In this document: one piece after another, positions 1 through 12,000 of the stretch
Numbering within the stretch: the first letter of the stretch is position 1
Layout of the letters: every line of letters begins with the position of its first letter
Assembly: GCA_000004985.1 (NCBI GenBank)
Contig: GG738849.1
Direction: 5' to 3' (one strand)
DNA: 64,000 bases
From: Naegleria gruberi
Lineage: Eukaryota
Position numbers and translations under genes: made by a program
Notes under the pieces: model-generated
Databases searched by the model: none
The model's input: the letters and a program-made list of their open reading frames with translations, nothing else
What the model was told of the DNA's origin: nothing

Positions 1-3000
1 NNNNNNNNNNNNNNNNNNNNNNNNNNNNNNNNNNNNNNNNNNNNNNNNNNNNNNNNNNNNNNNNNNNNNNNNNNNNNNNNNNNNNNNNNNNNNNNNNNNN
101 NNNNNNNNNNNNNNNNNNNNNNNNNNNNNNNNNNNNNNNNNNNNNNNNNNNNNNNNNNNNNNNNNNNNNNNNNNNNNNNNNNNNNNNNNNNNNNNNNNNN
201 NNNNNNNNNNNNNNNNNNNNNNNNNNNNNNNNNNNNNNNNNNNNNNNNNNNNNNNNNNNNNNNNNNNNNNNNNNNNNNNNNNNNNNNNNNNNNNNNNNNN
301 NNNNNNNNNNNNNNNNNNNNNNNNNNNNNNNNNNNNNNNNNNNNNNNNNNNNNNNNNNNNNNNNNNNNNNNNNNNNNNNNNNNNNNNNNNNNNNNNNNNN
401 NNNNNNNNNNNNNNNNNNNNNNNNNNNNNNNNNNNNNNNNNNNNNNNNNNNNNNNNNNNNNNNNNNNNNNNNNNNNNNNNNNNNNNNNNNNNNNNNNNNN
501 NNNNNNNNNNNNNNNNNNNNNNNNNNNNNNNNNNNNNNNNNNNNNNNNNNNNNNNNNNNNNNNNNNNNNNNNNNNNNNNNNNNNNNNNNNNNNNNNNNNN
601 NNNNNNNNNNNNNNNNNNNNNNNNNNNNNNNNNNNNNNNNNNNNNNNNNNNNNNNNNNNNNNNNNNNNNNNNNNNNNNNNNNNNNNNNNNNNNNNNNNNN
701 NNNNNNNNNNNNNNNNNNNNNNNNNNNNNNNNNNNNNNNNNNNNNNNNNNNNNNNNNNNNNNNNNNNNNNNNNNNNNNNNNNNNNNNNNNNNNNNNNNNN
801 NNNNNNNNNNNNNNNNNNNNNNNNNNNNNNNNNNNNNNNNNNNNNNNNNNNNNNNNNNNNNNNNNNNNNNNNNNNNNNNNNNNNNNNNNNNNNNNNNNNN
901 NNNNNNNNNNNNNNNNNNNNNNNNNNNNNNNNNNNNNNNNNNNNNNNNNNNNNNNNNNNNNNNNNNNNNNNNNNNNNNNNNNNNNNNNNNNNNNNNNNNN
1001 NNNNNNNNNNNNNNNNNNNNNNNNNNNNNNNNNNNNNNNNNNNNNNNNNNNNNNNNNNNNNNNNNNNNNNNNNNNNNNNNNNNNNNNNNNNNNNNNNNNN
1101 NNNNNNNNNNNNNNNNNNNNNNNNNNNNNNNNNNNNNNNNNNNNNNNNNNNNNNNNNNNNNNNNNNNNNNNNNNNNNNNNNNNNNNNNNNNNNNNNNNNN
1201 NNNNNNNNNNNNNNNNNNNNNNNNNNNNNNNNNNNNNNNNNNNNNNNNNNNNNNNNNNNNNNNNNNNNNNNNNNNNNNNNNNNNNNNNNNNNNNNNNNNN
1301 NNNNNNNNNNNNNNNNNNNNNNNNNNNNNNNNNNNNNNNNNNNNNNNNNNNNNNNNNNNNNNNNNNNNNNNNNNNNNNNNNNNNNNNNNNNNNNNNNNNN
1401 NNNNNNNNNNNNNNNNNNNNNNNNNNNNNNNNNNNNNNNNNNNNNNNNNNNNNNNNNNNNNNNNNNNNNNNNNNNNNNNNNNNNNNNNNNNNNNNNNNNN
1501 NNNNNNNNNNNNNNNNNNNNNNNNNNNNNNNNNNNNNNNNNNNNNNNNNNNNNNNNNNNNNNNNNNNNNNNNNNNNNNNNNNNNNNNNNNNNNNNNNNNN
1601 NNNNNNNNNNNNNNNNNNNNNNNNNNNNNNNNNNNNNNNNNNNNNNNNNNNNNNNNNNNNNNNNNNNNNNNNNNNNNNNNNNNNNNNNNNNNNNNNNNNN
1701 NNNNNNNNNNNNNNNNNNNNNNNNNNNNNNNNNNNNNNNNNNNNNNNNNNNNNNNNNNNNNNNNNNNNNNNNNNNNNNNNNNNNNNNNNNNNNNNNNNNN
1801 NNNNNNNNNNNNNNNNNNNNNNNNNNNNNNNNNNNNNNNNNNNNNNNNNNNNNNNNNNNNNNNNNNNNNNNNNNNNNNNNNNNNNNNNNNNNNNNNNNNN
1901 NNNNNNNNNNNNNNNNNNNNNNNNNNNNNNNNNNNNNNNNNNNNNNNNNNNNNNNNNNNNNNNNNNNNNNNNNNNNNNNNNNNNNNNNNNNNNNNNNNNN
2001 NNNNNNNNNNNNNNNNNNNNNNNNNNNNNNNNNNNNNNNNNNNNNNNNNNNNNNNNNNNNNNNNNNNNNNNNNNNNNNNNNNNNNNNNNNNNNNNNNNNN
2101 NNNNNNNNNNNNNNNNNNNNNNNNNNNNNNNNNNNNNNNNNNNNNNNNNNNNNNNNNNNNNNNNNNNNNNNNNNNNNNNNNNNNNNNNNNNNNNNNNNNN
2201 NNNNNNNNNNNNNNNNNNNNNNNNNNNNNNNNNNNNNNNNNNNNNNNNNNNNNNNNNNNNNNNNNNNNNNNNNNNNNNNNNNNNNNNNNNNNNNNNNNNN
2301 NNNNNNNNNNNNNNNNNNNNNNNNNNNNNNNNNNNNNNNNNNNNNNNNNNNNNNNNNNNNNNNNNNNNNNNNNNNNNNNNNNNNNNNNNNNNNNNNNNNN
2401 NNNNNNNNNNNNNNNNNNNNNNNNNNNNNNNNNNNNNNNNNNNNNNNNNNNNNNNNNNNNNNNNNNNNNNNNNNNNNNNNNNNNNNNNNNNNNNNNNNNN
2501 NNNNNNNNNNNNNNNNNNNNNNNNNNNNNNNNNNNNNNNNNNNNNNNNNNNNNNNNNNNNNNNNNNNNNNNNNNNNNNNNNNNNNNNNNNNNNNNNNNNN
2601 NNNNNNNNNNNNNNNNNNNNNNNNNNNNNNNNNNNNNNNNNNNNNNNNNNNNNNNNNNNNNNNNNNNNNNNNNNNNNNNNNNNNNNNNNNNNNNNNNNNN
2701 NNNNNNNNNNNNNNNNNNNNNNNNNNNNNNNNNNNNNNNNNNNNNNNNNNNNNNNNNNNNNNNNNNNNNNNNNNNNNNNNNNNNNNNNNNNNNNNNNNNN
2801 NNNNNNNNNNNNNNNNNNNNNNNNNNNNNNNNNNNNNNNNNNNNNNNNNNNNNNNNNNNNNNNNNNNNNNNNNNNNNNNNNNNNNNNNNNNNNNNNNNNN
2901 NNNNNNNNNNNNNNNNNNNNNNNNNNNNNNNNNNNNNNNNNNNNNNNNNNNNNNNNNNNNNNNNNNNNNNNNNNNNNNNNNNNNNNNNNNNNNNNNNNNN

Positions 3001-6000
3001 NNNNNNNNNNNNNNNNNNNNNNNNNNNNNNNNNNNNNNNNNNNNNNNNNNNNNNNNNNNNNNNNNNNNNNNNNNNNNNNNNNNNNNNNNNNNNNNNNNNN
3101 NNNNNNNNNNNNNNNNNNNNNNNNNNNNNNNNNNNNNNNNNNNNNNNNNNNNNNNNNNNNNNNNNNNNNNNNNNNNNNNNNNNNNNNNNNNNNNNNNNNN
3201 NNNNNNNNNNNNNNNNNNNNNNNNNNNNNNNNNNNNNNNNNNNNNNNNNNNNNNNNNNNNNNNNNNNNNNNNNNNNNNNNNNNNNNNNNNNNNNNNNNNN
3301 NNNNNNNNNNNNNNNNNNNNNNNNNNNNNNNNNNNNNNNNNNNNNNNNNNNNNNNNNNNNNNNNNNNNNNNNNNNNNNNNNNNNNNNNNNNNNNNNNNNN
3401 NNNNNNNNNNNNNNNNNNNNNNNNNNNNNNNNNNNNNNNNNNNNNNNNNNNNNNNNNNNNNNNNNNNNNNNNNNNNNNNNNNNNNNNNNNNNNNNNNNNN
3501 NNNNNNNNNNNNNNNNNNNNNNNNNNNNNNNNNNNNNNNNNNNNNNNNNNNNNNNNNNNNNNNNNNNNNNNNNNNNNNNNNNNNNNNNNNNNNNNNNNNN
3601 NNNNNNNNNNNNNNNNNNNNNNNNNNNNNNNNNNNNNNNNNNNNNNNNNNNNNNNNNNNNNNNNNNNNNNNNNNNNNNNNNNNNNNNNNNNNNNNNNNNN
3701 NNNNNNNNNNNNNNNNNNNNNNNNNNNNNNNNNNNNNNNNNNNNNNNNNNNNNNNNNNNNNNNNNNNNNNNNNNNNNNNNNNNNNNNNNNNNNNNNNNNN
3801 NNNNNNNNNNNNNNNNNNNNNNNNNNNNNNNNNNNNNNNNNNNNNNNNNNNNNNNNNNNNNNNNNNNNNNNNNNNNNNNNNNNNNNNNNNNNNNNNNNNN
3901 NNNNNNNNNNNNNNNNNNNNNNNNNNNNNNNNNNNNNNNNNNNNNNNNNNNNNNNNNNNNNNNNNNNNNNNNNNNNNNNNNNNNNNNNNNNNNNNNNNNN
4001 NNNNNNNNNNNNNNNNNNNNNNNNNNNNNNNNNNNNNNNNNNNNNNNNNNNNNNNNNNNNNNNNNNNNNNNNNNNNNNNNNNNNNNNNNNNNNNNNNNNN
4101 NNNNNNNNNNNNNNNNNNNNNNNNNNNNNNNNNNNNNNNNNNNNNNNNNNNNNNNNNNNNNNNNNNNNNNNNNNNNNNNNNNNNNNNNNNNNNNNNNNNN
4201 NNNNNNNNNNNNNNNNNNNNNNNNNNNNNNNNNNNNNNNNNNNNNNNNNNNNNNNNNNNNNNNNNNNNNNNNNNNNNNNNNNNNNNNNNNNNNNNNNNNN
4301 NNNNNNNNNNNNNNNNNNNNNNNNNNNNNNNNNNNNNNNNNNNNNNNNNNNNNNNNNNNNNNNNNNNNNNNNNNNNNNNNNNNNNNNNNNNNNNNNNNNN
4401 NNNNNNNNNNNNNNNNNNNNNNNNNNNNNNNNNNNNNNNNNNNNNNNNNNNNNNNNNNNNNNNNNNNNNNNNNNNNNNNNNNNNNNNNNNNNNNNNNNNN
4501 NNNNNNNNNNNNNNNNNNNNNNNNNNNNNNNNNNNNNNNNNNNNNNNNNNNNNNNNNNNNNNNNNNNNNNNNNNNNNNNNNNNNNNNNNNNNNNNNNNNN
4601 NNNNNNNNNNNNNNNNNNNNNNNNNNNNNNNNNNNNNNNNNNNNNNNNNNNNNNNNNNNNNNNNNNNNNNNNNNNNNNNNNNNNNNNNNNNNNNNNNNNN
4701 NNNNNNNNNNNNNNNNNNNNNNNNNNNNNNNNNNNNNNNNNNNNNNNNNNNNNNNNNNNNNNNNNNNNNNNNNNNNNNNNNNNNNNNNNNNNNNNNNNNN
4801 NNNNNNNNNNNNNNNNNNNNNNNNNNNNNNNNNNNNNNNNNNNNNNNNNNNNNNNNNNNNNNNNNNNNNNNNNNNNNNNNNNNNNNNNNNNNNNNNNNNN
4901 NNNNNNNNNNNNNNNNNNNNNNNNNNNNNNNNNNNNNNNNNNNNNNNNNNNNNNNNNNNNNNNNNNNNNNNNNNNNNNNNNNNNNNNNNNNNNNNNNNNN
5001 NNNNNNNNNNNNNNNNNNNNNNNNNNNNNNNNNNNNNNNNNNNNNNNNNNNNNNNNNNNNNNNNNNNNNNNNNNNNNNNNNNNNNNNNNNNNNNNNNNNN
5101 NNNNNNNNNNNNNNNNNNNNNNNNNNNNNNNNNNNNNNNNNNNNNNNNNNNNNNNNNNNNNNNNNNNNNNNNNNNNNNNNNNNNNNNNNNNNNNNNNNNN
5201 NNNNNNNNNNNNNNNNNNNNNNNNNNNNNNNNNNNNNNNNNNNNNNNNNNNNNNNNNNNNNNNNNNNNNNNNNNNNNNNNNNNNNNNNNNNNNNNNNNNN
5301 NNNNNNNNNNNNNNNNNNNNNNNNNNNNNNNNNNNNNNNNNNNNNNNNNNNNNNNNNNNNNNNNNNNNNNNNNNNNNNNNNNNNNNNNNNNNNNNNNNNN
5401 NNNNNNNNNNNNNNNNNNNNNNNNNNNNNNNNNNNNNNNNNNNNNNNNNNNNNNNNNNNNNNNNNNNNNNNNNNNNNNNNNNNNNNNNNNNNNNNNNNNN
5501 NNNNNNNNNNNNNNNNNNNNNNNNNNNNNNNNNNNNNNNNNNNNNNNNNNNNNNNNNNNNNNNNNNNNNNNNNNNNNNNNNNNNNNNNNNNNNNNNNNNN
5601 NNNNNNNNNNNNNNNNNNNNNNNNNNNNNNNNNNNNNNNNNNNNNNNNNNNNNNNNNNNNNNNNNNNNNNNNNNNNNNNNNNNNNNNNNNNNNNNNNNNN
5701 NNNNNNNNNNNNNNNNNNNNNNNNNNNNNNNNNNNNNNNNNNNNNNNNNNNNNNNNNNNNNNNNNNNNNNNNNNNNNNNNNNNNNNNNNNNNNNNNNNNN
5801 NNNNNNNNNNNNNNNNNNNNNNNNNNNNNNNNNNNNNNNNNNNNNNNNNNNNNNNNNNNNNNNNNNNNNNNNNNNNNNNNNNNNNNNNNNNNNNNNNNNN
5901 NNNNNNNNNNNNNNNNNNNNNNNNNNNNNNNNNNNNNNNNNNNNNNNNNNNNNNNNNNNNNNNNNNNNNNNNNNNNNNNNNNNNNNNNNNNNNNNNNNNN

Positions 6001-9000
6001 NNNNNNNNNNNNNNNNNNNNNNNNNNNNNNNNNNNNNNNNNNNNNNNNNNNNNNNNNNNNNNNNNNNNNNNNNNNNNNNNNNNNNNNNNNNNNNNNNNNN
6101 NNNNNNNNNNNNNNNNNNNNNNNNNNNNNNNNNNNNNNNNNNNNNNNNNNNNNNNNNNNNNNNNNNNNNNNNNNNNNNNNNNNNNNNNNNNNNNNNNNNN
6201 NNNNNNNNNNNNNNNNNNNNNNNNNNNNNNNNNNNNNNNNNNNNNNNNNNNNNNNNNNNNNNNNNNNNNNNNNNNNNNNNNNNNNNNNNNNNNNNNNNNN
6301 NNNNNNNNNNNNNNNNNNNNNNNNNNNNNNNNNNNNNNNNNNNNNNNNNNNNNNNNNNNNNNNNNNNNNNNNNNNNNNNNNNNNNNNNNNNNNNNNNNNN
6401 NNNNNNNNNNNNNNNNNNNNNNNNNNNNNNNNNNNNNNNNNNNNNNNNNNNNNNNNNNNNNNNNNNNNNNNNNNNNNNNNNNNNNNNNNNNNNNNNNNNN
6501 NNNNNNNNNNNNNNNNNNNNNNNNNNNNNNNNNNNNNNNNNNNNNNNNNNNNNNNNNNNNNNNNNNNNNNNNNNNNNNNNNNNNNNNNNNNNNNNNNNNN
6601 NNNNNNNNNNNNNNNNNNNNNNNNNNNNNNNNNNNNNNNNNNNNNNNNNNNNNNNNNNNNNNNNNNNNNNNNNNNNNNNNNNNNNNNNNNNNNNNNNNNN
6701 NNNNNNNNNNNNNNNNNNNNNNNNNNNNNNNNNNNNNNNNNNNNNNNNNNNNNNNNNNNNNNNNNNNNNNNNNNNNNNNNNNNNNNNNNNNNNNNNNNNN
6801 NNNNNNNNNNNNNNNNNNNNNNNNNNNNNNNNNNNNNNNNNNNNNNNNNNNNNNNNNNNNNNNNNNNNNNNNNNNNNNNNNNNNNNNNNNNNNNNNNNNN
6901 NNNNNNNNNNNNNNNNNNNNNNNNNNNNNNNNNNNNNNNNNNNNNNNNNNNNNNNNNNNNNNNNNNNNNNNNNNNNNNNNNNNNNNNNNNNNNNNNNNNN
7001 NNNNNNNNNNNNNNNNNNNNNNNNNNNNNNNNNNNNNNNNNNNNNNNNNNNNNNNNNNNNNNNNNNNNNNNNNNNNNNNNNNNNNNNNNNNNNNNNNNNN
7101 NNNNNNNNNNNNNNNNNNNNNNNNNNNNNNNNNNNNNNNNNNNNNNNNNNNNNNNNNNNNNNNNNNNNNNNNNNNNNNNNNNNNNNNNNNNNNNNNNNNN
7201 NNNNNNNNNNNNNNNNNNNNNNNNNNNNNNNNNNNNNNNNNNNNNNNNNNNNNNNNNNNNNNNNNNNNNNNNNNNNNNNNNNNNNNNNNNNNNNNNNNNN
7301 NNNNNNNNNNNNNNNNNNNNNNNNNNNNNNNNNNNNNNNNNNNNNNNNNNNNNNNNNNNNNNNNNNNNNNNNNNNNNNNNNNNNNNNNNNNNNNNNNNNN
7401 NNNNNNNNNNNNNNNNNNNNNNNNNNNNNNNNNNNNNNNNNNNNNNNNNNNNNNNNNNNNNNNNNNNNNNNNNNNNNNNNNNNNNNNNNNNNNNNNNNNN
7501 NNNNNNNNNNNNNNNNNNNNNNNNNNNNNNNNNNNNNNNNNNNNNNNNNNNNNNNNNNNNNNNNNNNNNNNNNNNNNNNNNNNNNNNNNNNNNNNNNNNN
7601 NNNNNNNNNNNNNNNNNNNNNNNNNNNNNNNNNNNNNNNNNNNNNNNNNNNNNNNNNNNNNNNNNNNNNNNNNNNNNNNNNNNNNNNNNNNNNNNNNNNN
7701 NNNNNNNNNNNNNNNNNNNNNNNNNNNNNNNNNNNNNNNNNNNNNNNNNNNNNNNNNNNNNNNNNNNNNNNNNNNNNNNNNNNNNNNNNNNNNNNNNNNN
7801 NNNNNNNNNNNNNNNNNNNNNNNNNNNNNNNNNNNNNNNNNNNNNNNNNNNNNNNNNNNNNNNNNNNNNNNNNNNNNNNNNNNNNNNNNNNNNNNNNNNN
7901 NNNNNNNNNNNNNNNNNNNNNNNNNNNNNNNNNNNNNNNNNNNNNNNNNNNNNNNNNNNNNNNNNNNNNNNNNNNNNNNNNNNNNNNNNNNNNNNNNNNN
8001 NNNNNNNNNNNNNNNNNNNNNNNNNNNNNNNNNNNNNNNNNNNNNNNNNNNNNNNNNNNNNNNNNNNNNNNNNNNNNNNNNNNNNNNNNNNNNNNNNNNN
8101 NNNNNNNNNNNNNNNNNNNNNNNNNNNNNNNNNNNNNNNNNNNNNNNNNNNNNNNNNNNNNNNNNNNNNNNNNNNNNNNNNNNNNNNNNNNNNNNNNNNN
8201 NNNNNNNNNNNNNNNNNNNNNNNNNNNNNNNNNNNNNNNNNNNNNNNNNNNNNNNNNNNNNNNNNNNNNNNNNNNNNNNNNNNNNNNNNNNNNNNNNNNN
8301 NNNNNNNNNNNNNNNNNNNNNNNNNNNNNNNNNNNNNNNNNNNNNNNNNNNNNNNNNNNNNNNNNNNNNNNNNNNNNNNNNNNNNNNNNNNNNNNNNNNN
8401 NNNNNNNNNNNNNNNNNNNNNNNNNNNNNNNNNNNNNNNNNNNNNNNNNNNNNNNNNNNNNNNNNNNNNNNNNNNNNNNNNNNNNNNNNNNNNNNNNNNN
8501 NNNNNNNNNNNNNNNNNNNNNNNNNNNNNNNNNNNNNNNNNNNNNNNNNNNNNNNNNNNNNNNNNNNNNNNNNNNNNNNNNNNNNNNNNNNNNNNNNNNN
8601 NNNNNNNNNNNNNNNNNNNNNNNNNNNNNNNNNNNNNNNNNNNNNNNNNNNNNNNNNNNNNNNNNNNNNNNNNNNNNNNNNNNNNNNNNNNNNNNNNNNN
8701 NNNNNNNNNNNNNNNNNNNNNNNNNNNNNNNNNNNNNNNNNNNNNNNNNNNNNNNNNNNNNNNNNNNNNNNNNNNNNNNNNNNNNNNNNNNNNNNNNNNN
8801 NNNNNNNNNNNNNNNNNNNNNNNNNNNNNNNNNNNNNNNNNNNNNNNNNNNNNNNNNNNNNNNNNNNNNNNNNNNNNNNNNNNNNNNNNNNNNNNNNNNN
8901 NNNNNNNNNNNNNNNNNNNNNNNNNNNNNNNNNNNNNNNNNNNNNNNNNNNNNNNNNNNNNNNNNNNNNNNNNNNNNNNNNNNNNNNNNNNNNNNNNNNN

Positions 9001-12000
9001 NNNNNNNNNNNNNNNNNNNNNNNNNNNNNNNNNNNNNNNNNNNNNNNNNNNNNNNNNNNNNNNNNNNNNNNNNNNNNNNNNNNNNNNNNNNNNNNNNNNN
9101 NNNNNNNNNNNNNNNNNNNNNNNNNNNNNNNNNNNNNNNNNNNNNNNNNNNNNNNNNNNNNNNNNNNNNNNNNNNNNNNNNNNNNNNNNNNNNNNNNNNN
9201 NNNNNNNNNNNNNNNNNNNNNNNNNNNNNNNNNNNNNNNNNNNNNNNNNNNNNNNNNNNNNNNNNNNNNNNNNNNNNNNNNNNNNNNNNNNNNNNNNNNN
9301 NNNNNNNNNNNNNNNNNNNNNNNNNNNNNNNNNNNNNNNNNNNNNNNNNNNNNNNNNNNNNNNNNNNNNNNNNNNNNNNNNNNNNNNNNNNNNNNNNNNN
9401 NNNNNNNNNNNNNNNNNNNNNNNNNNNNNNNNNNNNNNNNNNNNNNNNNNNNNNNNNNNNNNNNNNNNNNNNNNNNNNNNNNNNNNNNNNNNNNNNNNNN
9501 NNNNNNNNNNNNNNNNNNNNNNNNNNNNNNNNNNNNNNNNNNNNNNNNNNNNNNNNNNNNNNNNNNNNNNNNNNNNNNNNNNNNNNNNNNNNNNNNNNNN
9601 NNNNNNNNNNNNNNNNNNNNNNNNNNNNNNNNNNNNNNNNNNNNNNNNNNNNNNNNNNNNNNNNNNNNNNNNNNNNNNNNNNNNNNNNNNNNNNNNNNNN
9701 NNNNNNNNNNNNNNNNNNNNNNNNNNNNNNNNNNNNNNNNNNNNNNNNNNNNNNNNNNNNNNNNNNNNNNNNNNNNNNNNNNNNNNNNNNNNNNNNNNNN
9801 NNNNNNNNNNNNNNNNNNNNNNNNNNNNNNNNNNNNNNNNNNNNNNNNNNNNNNNNNNNNNNNNNNNNNNNNNNNNNNNNNNNNNNNNNNNNNNNNNNNN
9901 NNNNNNNNNNNNNNNNNNNNNNNNNNNNNNNNNNNNNNNNNNNNNNNNNNNNNNNNNNNNNNNNNNNNNNNNNNNNNNNNNNNNNNNNNNNNNNNNNNNN
10001 NNNNNNNNNNNNNNNNNNNNNNNNNNNNNNNNNNNNNNNNNNNNNNNNNNNNNNNNNNNNNNNNNNNNNNNNNNNNNNNNNNNNNNNNNNNNNNNNNNNN
10101 NNNNNNNNNNNNNNNNNNNNNNNNNNNNNNNNNNNNNNNNNNNNNNNNNNNNNNNNNNNNNNNNNNNNNNNNNNNNNNNNNNNNNNNNNNNNNNNNNNNN
10201 NNNNNNNNNNNNNNNNNNNNNNNNNNNNNNNNNNNNNNNNNNNNNNNNNNNNNNNNNNNNNNNNNNNNNNNNNNNNNNNNNNNNNNNNNNNNNNNNNNNN
10301 NNNNNNNNNNNNNNNNNNNNNNNNNNNNNNNNNNNNNNNNNNNNNNNNNNNNNNNNNNNNNNNNNNNNNNNNNNNNNNNNNNNNNNNNNNNNNNNNNNNN
10401 NNNNNNNNNNNNNNNNNNNNNNNNNNNNNNNNNNNNNNNNNNNNNNNNNNNNNNNNNNNNNNNNNNNNNNNNNNNNNNNNNNNNNNNNNNNNNNNNNNNN
10501 NNNNNNNNNNNNNNNNNNNNNNNNNNNNNNNNNNNNNNNNNNNNNNNNNNNNNNNNNNNNNNNNNNNNNNNNNNNNNNNNNNNNNNNNNNNNNNNNNNNN
10601 NNNNNNNNNNNNNNNNNNNNNNNNNNNNNNNNNNNNNNNNNNNNNNNNNNNNNNNNNNNNNNNNNNNNNNNNNNNNNNNNNNNNNNNNNNNNNNNNNNNN
10701 NNNNNNNNNNNNNNNNNNNNNNNNNNNNNNNNNNNNNNNNNNNNNNNNNNNNNNNNNNNNNNNNNNNNNNNNNNNNNNNNNNNNNNNNNNNNNNNNNNNN
10801 NNNNNNNNNNNNNNNNNNNNNNNNNNNNNNNNNNNNNNNNNNNNNNNNNNNNNNNNNNNNNNNNNNNNNNNNNNNNNNNNNNNNNNNNNNNNNNNNNNNN
10901 NNNNNNNNNNNNNNNNNNNNNNNNNNNNNNNNNNNNNNNNNNNNNNNNNNNNNNNNNNNNNNNNNNNNNNNNNNNNNNNNNNNNNNNNNNNNNNNNNNNN
11001 NNNNNNNNNNNNNNNNNNNNNNNNNNNNNNNNNNNNNNNNNNNNNNNNNNNNNNNNNNNNNNNNNNNNNNNNNNNNNNNNNNNNNNNNNNNNNNNNNNNN
11101 NNNNNNNNNNNNNNNNNNNNNNNNNNNNNNNNNNNNNNNNNNNNNNNNNNNNNNNNNNNNNNNNNNNNNNNNNNNNNNNNNNNNNNNNNNNNNNNNNNNN
11201 NNNNNNNNNNNNNNNNNNNNNNNNNNNNNNNNNNNNNNNNNNNNNNNNNNNNNNNNNNNNNNNNNNNNNNNNNNNNNNNNNNNNNNNNNNNNNNNNNNNN
11301 NNNNNNNNNNNNNNNNNNNNNNNNNNNNNNNNNNNNNNNNNNNNNNNNNNNNNNNNNNNNNNNNNNNNNNNNNNNNNNNNNNNNNNNNNNNNNNNNNNNN
11401 NNNNNNNNNNNNNNNNNNNNNNNNNNNNNNNNNNNNNNNNNNNNNNNNNNNNNNNNNNNNNNNNNNNNNNNNNNNNNNNNNNNNNNNNNNNNNNNNNNNN
11501 NNNNNNNNNNNNNNNNNNNNNNNNNNNNNNNNNNNNNNNNNNNNNNNNNNNNNNNNNNNNNNNNNNNNNNNNNNNNNNNNNNNNNNNNNNNNNNNNNNNN
11601 NNNNNNNNNNNNNNNNNNNNNNNNNNNNNNNNNNNNNNNNNNNNNNNNNNNNNNNNNNNNNNNNNNNNNNNNNNNNNNNNNNNNNNNNNNNNNNNNNNNN
11701 NNNNNNNNNNNNNNNNNNNNNNNNNNNNNNNNNNNNNNNNNNNNNNNNNNNNNNNNNNNNNNNNNNNNNNNNNNNNNNNNNNNNNNNNNNNNNNNNNNNN
11801 NNNNNNNNNNNNNNNNNNNNNNNNNNNNNNNNNNNNNNNNNNNNNNNNNNNNNNNNNNNNNNNNNNNNNNNNNNNNNNNNNNNNNNNNNNNNNNNNNNNN
11901 NNNNNNNNNNNNNNNNNNNNNNNNNNNNNNNNNNNNNNNNNNNNNNNNNNNNNNNNNNNNNNNNNNNNNNNNNNNNNNNNNNNNNNNNNNNNNNNNNNNN